Source: Candidatus Methylomirabilis oxygeniifera (lineage in GTDB: Bacteria > Methylomirabilota > Methylomirabilia > Methylomirabilales > Methylomirabilaceae). From it: 32,000 nucleotides of DNA. Under the pieces are notes generated by a model that saw nothing but the letters and a program-made list of their open reading frames with translations, was not told the DNA's origin and searched no databases. The stretch spans positions 2,670,001 through 2,702,000 of the forward strand of contig FP565575.1 of NCBI GenBank assembly GCA_000091165.1, in the 5' to 3' direction. Shown here piece after piece: positions 16,892-24,615 of this stretch (position 1 is the stretch's first letter; each line of letters begins with the position of its first letter). The position numbers and the translations under genes were made by a program.

Positions 16892-18189
16892 TCGTTGTCG
16901 GCACGCAGTGGGGCGATGAAGGGAAGGGGAAGATCGTCGATCTTCTCTCCGAGTATTTCGATGCGGTGGCCCGGTACCAGGGTGGGTCCAACGCCGGCCA
17001 TACGGTCGTTGTAGAAGAGGAGAAGATTGTCCTGCATCTGGTCCCGTCAGGCGTGCTGAGGAAGGGGAAGGTCTGCATTCTGGGGAACGGTGTGGTGATT
17101 GATCTGATCGCCCTCATCCAGGAAATGGATCAGCTCGGAAGGCTGCACGTCAAGATCGAGGAGAACTTTTTTATCAGCAAAAACGCGCATCTGGTGCTCC
17201 CCTATCATATGATCCTCGACGCGGAGCTGGAGCGGCTCCGAGAGGGTCGGCAGATCGGGACGACCCGACGCGGAATCGGGCCGGCCTATGTCGATAAGAT
17301 GGCGAGGGCAGGGATCCGGGTGGGCGACCTGGCCGACCGCGACCGCTTCAAGGAGCAGCTCCGCAGCAACCTTGAAGCGAAGCGAGCCCAGTTTCCCCAC
17401 CATCAGGAGTTGCAAGAGCTGGATCTCGAAAAGATGGCGGTGGAGCAGCTTGAACTGTTCGAGCGCATTCGCGGCTTCGTGGTAGACAGCTCCCTCGTGA
17501 TTCACGACCTGATTAAAACCGGGAAGCGCGTCCTGTTTGAGGGGGCACAGGGGACCCTCCTGGACGTTGATCTTGGGACCTATCCTTATGTCACCTCATC
17601 GAGCGCCACGGCCGGAGGCGCCTGCACCGGGACCGGGGTCAGTCCGCTGACGATCGACGGTGTCCTCGGCGTCACCAAGGCCTATGCGACGCGAGTCGGC
17701 GAGGGTCCGATGCCGACGGAGCTGACGGATAGCATCGGTCAGATACTGCAGACGCGCGGGCAGGAGTTCGGGGCCACAACGGGACGACCGAGGCGCTGCG
17801 GCTGGTTCGATGCCGTGGCCGTCAGGTACAGCGCCAGAATCAACGGCCTCTCGGCTCTCGCGTTGATGAAGCTGGACGTCCTGGATGCCTGTGACCCGAT
17901 CCGGATCTGTACGGGCTACCGACACAACGATAGGATTCTCCGAGAGTTTCCGAACGAAATCGGTCTGCTGCAGGCGTGTGAGCCGATCTATGAAGAGGTG
18001 CCGGGCTGGAACCAGAGTATTGCGGGTATCACCTCATACAAACATCTGCCGGCCAACTGCCGGGCCTATATCGAACGGATTGAGGGACTGACGGGGGTCA
18101 AGGCCGGGCTCATTTCGACAGGGCCCCGGCGGGACCAGACGATCCTTCGCTCGACACCGGCCTTGCGGCAGTGGGGGCTGACACGCTAA
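16879..18189 (+). CDS. purA: Adenylosuccinate synthase
   Basis: [21 protein letters not shown] N-terminus (ATG 16879, 13-nt overlap with hisZ). [11 protein letters not shown] and TGRPRRCGW motifs. Confidence 0.95.
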   Translation: [436 protein letters not shown]

Positions 18190-18204
18190 GCTGCCGTAGA
18201 ACGA

Positions 18205-18280
18205 GCATTCAGCGCTCAGCCATCAGCTTCAGACAATACCGTAATTACCGGAAAAGCTGACTGCTGAACGCTGATAGCTG
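18205..18280. repeat. Large imperfect hairpin built from 7-nt-periodic TCAGC/GCTGA units, downstream of purA
   Basis: Left arm GCATTCAGCGCTCAGCCATCAGCTT pairs with the reverse complement of the right arm AAGCTGACTGCTGAACGCTGATAGC at about 20 of 25 positions. About 24-nt loop. Confidence 0.55.
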
Positions 18281-18290
18281 CCCTTTTCAC

Positions 18291-18366
18291 GACCCGTTAG
18301 CTCAGTTGGCAGAGCTCCTGCCTTTTAAGCAGGGAGTCTCGGGTTCGAGTCCCGAACGGGTCACCA
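18291..18366 (+). tRNA. tRNA-Lys (anticodon UUU)
   Basis: Hand-folded cloverleaf: acceptor GACCCGT/ACGGGTC, D arm GCTC-AGTTGGC-AGAGC, anticodon stem CCTGC/GCAGG with loop CTTTTAA, T arm TCGGG-TTCGAGT-CCCGA, encoded CCA. Confidence 0.95.
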
Positions 18367-18400
18367 CTCCACCCTCGCTCTCCTTCATGGAAAAGAATTC

Positions 18401-19411
18401 ATGCGCATCGGTCCCCACCAGCTCCAAAATAACCTGATTGTCGCCCCCATGGCTGGCGTGACGGATCGGCCTTTCCGCATGTTGTGCAGGAGCATGGGCG
18501 CAGGCATGGCGGTTAGCGAAATGGTGGCCTCCAACTCGCTGCTGTATGGTTCGGAAAAAACCAAACGGCGCGCCAATCACGAGGGCGAAACCGATCCGAT
18601 CTCGGTGCAGCTCCTCGGCGCCGACCCGAAAATGCTGGCACAGGCCGCCCGTTACAACGTGGATGCGGGGGCGCAAATCATAGACATCAATATGGGCTGC
18701 CCGGCGAAAAAAATCTGCAATGTGATGGCCGGTTCCGCGCTGTTGCAGAATGAGGCGCTGGTGGCGCAAATACTTGAAACGGTAGTGGCGGCGGTGAGCG
18801 TACCGGTCACCTTGAAAATCCGCACCGGATGGGATACACAAAACCGCAATGCGGTGCGCATCGCGCAGATCGCCGAAATCAGCGGTATCCAGGCGCTTGC
18901 CATTCATGGCCGCACGCGCGCCTGTGCCTACACCGGCGAGGCGGAATATGACACCATCGCGGCAGTGAAAGCCAGCGTGAAGATTCCCATCATCGCCAAC
19001 GGTGACATCACTACCCCGGAAAAAGCCCACTATGTTGTGCAGCACACCGGTGCAGATGCCGTGATGATAGGCCGCGCCGCGCAGGGCCGTCCGTGGCTGT
19101 TCCGCGAAATCGCACATTTTCTTGATACCGGTCTACACCTGCCCGCGCCACAAGTGGTTGAAATCCAGCGCGTGCTGCTCAATCATCTGCACGGCCTGTA
19201 CGATTTGTACGGCGAACATACCGGCTTGCGTGTGGCGCGTAAACACATCTCCTGGTACACCAAAGGGCTGGCCGGTTCGGCGCAGTTCCGTCGCTGCATG
19301 AATCAACTGGAAAGCATTGCGGAACAATTGAAGGTAGTAAATGATTTTTTTGATGGTCAGTTGCAGCGCGGGGAACGCCTGCACTATGCCGAGGAACAGA
19401 TTGGACAATAG
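18401..19411 (+). CDS. dusB: tRNA-dihydrouridine synthase B
   Basis: APMAGVTDRPFR, DINMGCPAKK, IANGDI motifs and the C-terminal helical domain (ARKHISWYTKGL). Confidence 0.9.
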   Translation: MRIGPHQLQNNLIVAPMAGVTDRPFRMLCRSMGAGMAVSEMVASNSLLYGSEKTKRRANHEGETDPISVQLLGADPKMLAQAARYNVDAGAQIIDINMGCPAKKICNVMAGSALLQNEALVAQILETVVAAVSVPVTLKIRTGWDTQNRNAVRIAQIAEISGIQALAIHGRTRACAYTGEAEYDTIAAVKASVKIPIIANGDITTPEKAHYVVQHTGADAVMIGRAAQGRPWLFREIAHFLDTGLHLPAPQVVEIQRVLLNHLHGLYDLYGEHTGLRVARKHISWYTKGLAGSAQFRRCMNQLESIAEQLKVVNDFFDGQLQRGERLHYAEEQIGQ

Positions 19412-19412
19412 G

Positions 19413-19500
19413 GACAGTGACTATTTGTGTAGATTTGCCTGCATTGGCTGATAACCAAGGCATCAACTCAGTACGGATTTGCCGCGCCGATTATGCTCGC
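19413..19500 (+). repeat. R repeat, copy 1 (homologous to 22607-22690)
   Basis: GACAGTGACTATTTGTGTAGATTTGCCTGCATTGGCTGATAACCAAGGCATCAACT aligns with GACCGTGACCATTTATATAGATTTGCCTGCATCGGCTGAGAACTAAGGCATCAACT at about 85% by eye. Weaker similarity continues for about 30 nt. Confidence 0.7.
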
Positions 19501-19664
19501 CGTTATACCGGATTTCAAGGACAGACGCAAACGGTAACGCTTCTTAGGCTACACCCGCTTGGGCCTTCCCGGTCCCGGCAGTAGCCGGCCTACATTCAGG
19601 ATTCGGCTGCGCCGGTAGAGACCCCACGGATACATGAGGTTTGTGCCCTCCTTTGGGGACCCCA

Positions 19665-19791
19665 TGAAGTTCTTCTGCAGTACAAGCATACAACGCTCAT
19701 CATGCTGCCACCTTCCCCGAGAAGAGAATCGTCAGATCGAGGTGTCGGAGCGCGACATATATATTTAGATCGAATCCCGGACGGGTCACCA
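19665..19791 (+). repeat. C repeat, copy 1, ending in a tRNA-Lys 3'-end-like core
   Basis: GCAGTACAAGCATACAACGCTCATCATGCTGCCACCTTCCCCGAGAAGAGAATCGTCAGATCGAGGTGTCGGAGCGCGACATAT..TCGAATCCCGGACGGGTCACCA aligns with 24616-24722 at roughly 80% with small indels. Confidence 0.7.
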
Positions 19792-20303
19792 ATTTTTCCA
19801 ATTTCCTGCTCACCCCCGCCATTGCCTTTCTATGGCTCGCGGCCCATCTATTCACGGTAGCCGTAGCGTAGGGTAGATCGTGCAGGTTAGTGGTTGAAAT
19901 CGACACTGCCGGACTCACCATCGGGACCCTCAAGGCGCTCAGTTTATCCGGTCCAGTCCGCTCATTCTTTTCCATTGACACCCTTGCAAGCTGAATGCTA
20001 CAAGCCGGATACTCGGTTCTATGCTTCATTACTTCCCGCAGATAAACAGGATGTCGGCATGGCTCGCGGCGGGAATCCGGTCCTAGAAGGTCCTGTGACA
20101 ACCTGATGGAGGGGACGTCAGAGCGATGCGCAAGAGCCAGCTTTGTGAGCCTGTCGAAGAGACATCACCGCTAGGTAAGTTCTGCGAAAGACGTGGATGC
20201 TTTAGTGTTCGTGAGTTGGACCATTAACAAGGAGCGTCACGCATGGATGACTGGCTCTTAACCGCGCAGGAGGTAGCCCCAAGATGAAGACGGAGGCGAC
20301 AGT

Positions 20304-22559
20304 ATGTATCTATTGAGCAGCATACAAAAGACCTGGGCGGGTTTGCGTTGGTTTGTCGGCGGTGTGGCAGTTATGACCATACTGGCGGCGTCTGGGGTCG
20401 CCGCTGGCCAGGATATGGGTGGCGCAGCCTACCCTGGGGCACACGTCGAAGGCGAGTTTGCACCTGCCCTTCCCAGCGTGCGCGCTCTGCCGCAACGGCG
20501 GCTGCCACAATCCCGACAGCCAGCGCAGGTGGCTCTCGACCGTGTCGAGGCGGCGCACTTGAAGATGGAGGCGACAGACCAGCCATCTAAACCTGGGGTG
20601 CCGCTACAGATCGGCGTCAGCCGCGATGTACCGATGCTGCGTAATGCCGCTCGAACCTCGGTGCTCATGTCTTGGACGTCCATTCCCGGCGGGCAGATTG
20701 CCGCGATCAGCATTACTTCTCCTGACGCCCTCGGCTTGCGTCTGGGCTTGTTGGTTGAAAAGCTGCCTCGTACGGCTCTGCTGCGGTTTTATGCCCAGGG
20801 GGCGGAGCAGGTGTTCGAGGTGTCGGGCGGGGAGATTATGGACACCATCGCCCGCAATCTCGCCGCCGGCGACGCAAGCGATGACGCCCGGACTTACTGG
20901 TCGCCCGTCATCGACGGCCAGGAAATGACGGTGGAAATCGAGCTGCCTGCCGGGGTGTCTCCGGATGAGGTGATGTTTTCCATACCGCGTATTTCCCATT
21001 TGTTTTCATCGCCTCTGGATCCCCGCGCCTTGCCAAGACAAATTGGCAGTGCGGAGTGGTGCAATCTCGATTCCATGTGCTATACATCGACATGGGGAAA
21101 CGAATCCCTGGCGACCGCCAAAATGACATTCACGGAAGACGGTTCGAGTTATCTCTGTACGGGCAGCTTAATGAATGATAGCGATCCCTCCACGTTCATT
21201 CCCTATTTCCTGACTGCCAACCATTGTATTTCGACGCAAACTGTGGCCTCAACCCTGCAAACCTATTGGTTTTATCGTGCCTCAAGTTGCAACAGCGGTA
21301 CGTTGAGTCCCAGCACCCAGACATTGACCAGCGGGGCCACACTGCTCTATGCCGGTTCGAATACCGATACGAGCTTCTTGCGACTGAACAGCTCAGCCCC
21401 TCCTGGGGCTGGGTATTCAGGGTGGTCGGCGGGTCTGCCGGTGCTCTCCACCCCGATCATTGGCATCCATCATCCGAATGGCGATTTGCAAAAGATCAGC
21501 GCTGGAAACATCACAGATTACTCCAGTTGCTCCAATGGCAATTCTTTCACTTGCAGTTCGGCGTCCTCTGGCAGCGCCGACCATCTCAAGGTTGTCTGGG
21601 GCCTTGGCATTACCGAGGGCGGCAGCAGCGGTTCCGGTCTTTGGATTGTATACGGCAGCAGCCACTACTTGGTGGGCCAGTTACATGGTGGAAACTCTTC
21701 CTGCGTCACGCCCACTGCTCCAGATTACTACGGTCGTTTCGATGTAGCTTACAACGCGGCGTTGTTTCAATGGCTGGGAACCACCCCGGCGAACTACACG
21801 TTGTCGGTGACGGGCGCCGGCACGGGCCAGGGCACGGTGACGGGGCCTGGAATTAACTGCACGATCAGCGCTGGGAGCACGAGCGGGACGTGCAGTGCGA
21901 ACTACGCGTCTGGAACGGGGGTCTCGCTGACCGCAACGTCCATCGGAGTCTCGACATTCAGTGGCTGGAGTGGGAACTGCGCCGCCGATGGGACCGTCAC
22001 GCTGGAGGCGAACAAGATCTGTACGGCCACCTTCACTAGACCGCTCATACTCTCGACCACCTCCCTGTCCGCAGAGGAGCAGGGAGTCGCCTATTGGTAC
22101 GCGCTGCAGGCCGAAGGCGGAATGCCCCCTTACACCTGGAGCCGTATCAAGGATAAGCTCCCCAAAGGCCTGACCCTGGATGCCGCAGGCACCCTCAGCG
22201 GGATCCCGACCAAGGCCAAGACCGCGACCTTTACCGTCCAGGTGACGGATGCCGCATGGGCCTCAGCGACGCAGAACCTCTCTCTGCAGATCGTCAAACG
22301 TGTCGATCTCAAGACCAAAAAACTGAGTCGGGGTACGGTCGGGATGCCGTACGCAGCCATGCTCAAAACCAATGGCGGGATTCCGCCGCTGACCTTCAGC
22401 CTGGTCGGCGGGGCGCTCCCGCCAGGCCTTACCTTCGACCCGGGTACGGGGCAGATCTCTGGGACCCCTACGCTAGCCGGAACCTTCGACTTCCAGACGA
22501 TGGTAACCTCGAGCGGCGGCTCCAGCGATCAGGGGAACATTCGGATCAAGATCAAGTAG
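20304..22559 (+). CDS. Secreted S1-family (lysyl-endopeptidase-like) serine peptidase with C-terminal InlB-B-repeat-like and two Ig-like (He_PIG-type) domains
   Basis: GGAGG lies 7 nt upstream of the ATG; hydrophobic signal region. Triad contexts LTANHC (His), DTSFLRL (Asp), GGSSGSGLW (Ser). Repeats LPKGLTLDAAGTLSGIPT and LPPGLTFDPGTGQISGTPT. Confidence 0.85.
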   Translation: MYLLSSIQKTWAGLRWFVGGVAVMTILAASGVAAGQDMGGAAYPGAHVEGEFAPALPSVRALPQRRLPQSRQPAQVALDRVEAAHLKMEATDQPSKPGVPLQIGVSRDVPMLRNAARTSVLMSWTSIPGGQIAAISITSPDALGLRLGLLVEKLPRTALLRFYAQGAEQVFEVSGGEIMDTIARNLAAGDASDDARTYWSPVIDGQEMTVEIELPAGVSPDEVMFSIPRISHLFSSPLDPRALPRQIGSAEWCNLDSMCYTSTWGNESLATAKMTFTEDGSSYLCTGSLMNDSDPSTFIPYFLTANHCISTQTVASTLQTYWFYRASSCNSGTLSPSTQTLTSGATLLYAGSNTDTSFLRLNSSAPPGAGYSGWSAGLPVLSTPIIGIHHPNGDLQKISAGNITDYSSCSNGNSFTCSSASSGSADHLKVVWGLGITEGGSSGSGLWIVYGSSHYLVGQLHGGNSSCVTPTAPDYYGRFDVAYNAALFQWLGTTPANYTLSVTGAGTGQGTVTGPGINCTISAGSTSGTCSANYASGTGVSLTATSIGVSTFSGWSGNCAADGTVTLEANKICTATFTRPLILSTTSLSAEEQGVAYWYALQAEGGMPPYTWSRIKDKLPKGLTLDAAGTLSGIPTKAKTATFTVQVTDAAWASATQNLSLQIVKRVDLKTKKLSRGTVGMPYAAMLKTNGGIPPLTFSLVGGALPPGLTFDPGTGQISGTPTLAGTFDFQTMVTSSGGSSDQGNIRIKIK

Positions 22560-22606
22560 GATGAGCAAGCGACCGGGCTCGGGTCTCAGCAAGCATTTAA
22601 AATAGC

Positions 22607-22690
22607 GACCGTGACCATTTATATAGATTTGCCTGCATCGGCTGAGAACTAAGGCATCAACTGGGGGTGTAGATTATGCCCCCGATCGCC
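22607..22690 (+). repeat. R repeat, copy 2
   Basis: See copy 1. Contains TAGATTTGCC (22624-22633) and a second degenerate copy TAGATTATGCC (22670-22680), mirroring 19430-19439 and 19475-19483 in copy 1. Confidence 0.7.
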
Positions 22691-22847
22691 GAGCAGTGGT
22701 TGAAATCTCCACACTGCAATGTCAAAAGGGCACTCCCCGCTGTCACTTGGTCCGTCCTTTCCCACGATGACGAACTACTTGGTCGTCGGATACCAGAATA
22801 TCGGGAAACCGAGAAACGGATCACAGAAACTGAGGCGGCAGGGGAGT

Positions 22848-22877
22848 CCAAAGCCCAGTCAATTGACTGGGCTTTGG
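22848..22877. promoter_or_regulatory. Perfect 30-bp palindrome CCAAAGCCCAGTCAA|TTGACTGGGCTTTGG
   Basis: Verified base by base. No flanking U-tract on either strand, so an operator or RNA hairpin is more likely than a canonical terminator. Confidence 0.5.
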
Positions 22878-23013
22878 TTCGGGCGATTCGCTGTCAGAAA
22901 ACTGGATGGGCGGATACAGGTACAACGTTTTCCGTCGTCCGCCTTCATACAAATATTTTATTGCGTACTGGAAAGGGTTATAGAGTGTTAGGCTAACTTC
23001 AAGAAAGGAAGAG

Positions 23014-23829
23014 ATGGACTTCATTGATGTGAGCTGGGCAAATTTCATTGCCGCGATCAAGCCAGACCTGCTCCATGATCGCCGGTTTATCTACAGGGGC
23101 CAGGAGTCCAGCAACTGGCGTCTCCAGACAAGTCTCCATAGAACCGGACAATGGCGTACGCCAGAGGACATTTCCTCCTATATTCAACATATTGTCCCGC
23201 TCGCGCATGAAGCCGTAGCGTCATGGGAGGGGGTCCGTCGAGATCTGTCCAACGGTTTTCAGCTGGCAGAATTCCTGGCCTATCTGCAACACAATAGTTT
23301 CCCTACGCCTCTCCTGGATTGGACCTATTCCCCTTACATTGCTGCATTTTTTGCTTTTGAGTGTATCAATCACTATCAACCCGAGCACGACTACGTATGC
23401 ATCTACCGGTTTGATAAGGGAGGCTGGATTCGCTCTTACAAGCAGAGCTATGACTACAGTGACAAGAACCTACACGTATCGATTATTGAGCCATCCTCAG
23501 TGGGGAACCCGAAGCTCATGCTTCAGCAGGGACTCTTCATGTATACGAATCAGGACGATATCGAAAGCCACATCGAATTGAACAGCAAGAACCCCAAGGA
23601 GCCCTATCTCAGGAAGTTCCGGATTCATTGTCGAGAGCGGCAGGTTGCGTTGCGGGAGCTACGGCTCATGAATATCACGCGCATGCAGCTCTTTCCATCG
23701 GTCGAAAGCGTCTGTCGCAAGGTCGCAACCGATGTCTCTCTAATGTTCCCAATGGGCAAGACACGGTCCGAGATTAGCAAGGAAATCTTTGAACAATTCC
23801 TTGCGAGCTATAAGACCGGCGAAAAATGA
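23014..23829 (+). CDS. FRG-domain protein
   Basis: FIYRGQESSNWRLQTSLHR (F/Y-R-G motif) and LQHNSFPTPLLDWTYSPYIAAFFAF match the FRG domain as I recall it. AAGGAAG RBS. Visibly lower G+C than the flanks. Confidence 0.85.
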   Translation: MDFIDVSWANFIAAIKPDLLHDRRFIYRGQESSNWRLQTSLHRTGQWRTPEDISSYIQHIVPLAHEAVASWEGVRRDLSNGFQLAEFLAYLQHNSFPTPLLDWTYSPYIAAFFAFECINHYQPEHDYVCIYRFDKGGWIRSYKQSYDYSDKNLHVSIIEPSSVGNPKLMLQQGLFMYTNQDDIESHIELNSKNPKEPYLRKFRIHCRERQVALRELRLMNITRMQLFPSVESVCRKVATDVSLMFPMGKTRSEISKEIFEQFLASYKTGEK

Positions 23830-23948
23830 CCGCACAGCAAGATATCGTAGCCGATCTGTCACGCTTGCACTTGAGCCCTTTGAGCGGGCAGAAGCTCAGG
23901 CGAATTGAAACAGGCGAATACGGGCTAGCAAGCGCGCCAGGCGGCTAA
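23826..23948 (+). CDS. Possible 40-aa ORF translationally coupled to the FRG gene (ATGA overlap)
   Basis: Hand-translated MTAQQDIVADLSRLHLSPLSGQKLRRIETGEYGLASAPGG. Its ATG overlaps the FRG TGA stop. No recognisable family; could be a gene remnant. Confidence 0.2.
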   Translation: MTAQQDIVADLSRLHLSPLSGQKLRRIETGEYGLASAPGG

Positions 23949-24058
23949 ACACAACATTGCAGAAGGCGATCAGTGAGGCCGCCTGCAAGCCGCGGCAAAT
24001 CAGCCCATTGTGGGGGATAAGCCGCCGACGCGGCTGGCGTGGGTGGGTCAGAATCATC

Positions 24059-24087
24059 TTGACCGGTTGGGCTCACGATAGGATAGT
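24059..24087 (+). promoter_or_regulatory. Sigma70-like promoter for the TA pair (TTGACC-17-GATAGT)
   Basis: TTGACC 24059-24064, GATAGT 24082-24087, about 70 nt upstream of ATG 24158. Confidence 0.4.
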
Positions 24088-24157
24088 ATGAATAAATTCG
24101 CTATTGGAACGTGGAGTTGTCCTGAGAGACACGCTGCCGGTTTCGGAGGTTTCAGCT

Positions 24158-24358
24158 ATGAGCAAAGTGGAGTCGATCGAAGAACAGATCAAGACGCTGT
24201 CAGCGGAAGAGGTCGCGAAGCTTCGGGAGTGGTTTCTTGGATTCGACTGGACGCTGTGGGATCAGCAGCTCGAGCGCGACGTTGCAGCCGGGAAACTCGA
24301 TGTCTTGGCGGACAAGGCGCTTCGGGATCACGCGGCCGGAAAGACGACCCCTCTTTGA
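24158..24358 (+). CDS. Type II antitoxin (partner of RelE/ParE toxin)
   Basis: ATG 24158 preceded by GGAGG at 7-nt spacing. MSKVESIEEQIKTLSAEEVAKLREWF...DVAAGKLDVLADKAL resembles antitoxins of this pairing. Its stop overlaps the toxin start. Confidence 0.7.
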   Translation: MSKVESIEEQIKTLSAEEVAKLREWFLGFDWTLWDQQLERDVAAGKLDVLADKALRDHAAGKTTPL

Positions 24359-24609
24359 ATCATCATGCGTCCCCGGACTTCTGGGCCTGCTACCGGTCTT
24401 TACCGGAGGATATCCGGAAGCTCGCGGATCACGCCTACGAACACCTTAAACACGATCCGCAGTATCCATCGCTGCATTTCAAGAAAGTCGGGCGTTTCTG
24501 GTCTGCGCGCGTGGGAGGCGGCTATCGCGCGGTGGCAGTGGAAGGTGCTGACAGTTTCATCTGGTTCTGGATCGGCACCCATACGGACTACGAGAAGTTG
24601 CTTAGCTAA
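24355..24609 (+). CDS. RelE/ParE-family type II toxin
   Basis: TTG start at 24355 overlaps the antitoxin TGA. YRSLPEDIRKLADHAYEHLKHDPQYPSLHFKKVGRFWSARVGGGYRAV...WFWIGTHTDYEKLL fits the family. Confidence 0.75.
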   Translation: MNHHASPDFWACYRSLPEDIRKLADHAYEHLKHDPQYPSLHFKKVGRFWSARVGGGYRAVAVEGADSFIWFWIGTHTDYEKLLS

Positions 24610-24615
24610 CCCATT

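Noticed and set aside
19413-19500. R repeats as integron attC sites, since each follows the stop of a plus-strand gene.
   Set aside because: No RYYYAAC...GTTRRRY terminal cores are present. There is only weak internal symmetry, and no intI or attI nearby.
19665-19791. C1/C2 as a diversity-generating retroelement template/variable repeat pair. Several A-to-C differences cluster in GCAGTACAAGCATACAAC vs GCAGCACAAGCCTCCACC.
   Set aside because: Other mismatches are not at adenines and indels are present. No reverse transcriptase is in the window, and the repeat is not at the 3' end of a plausible variable-protein gene in both copies.
22676-22996. Track ORFs of 106 aa and 90 aa upstream of the FRG gene as real genes.
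   Set aside because: There is no RBS, the composition is unconvincing, and both read straight through a perfect 30-bp palindrome.
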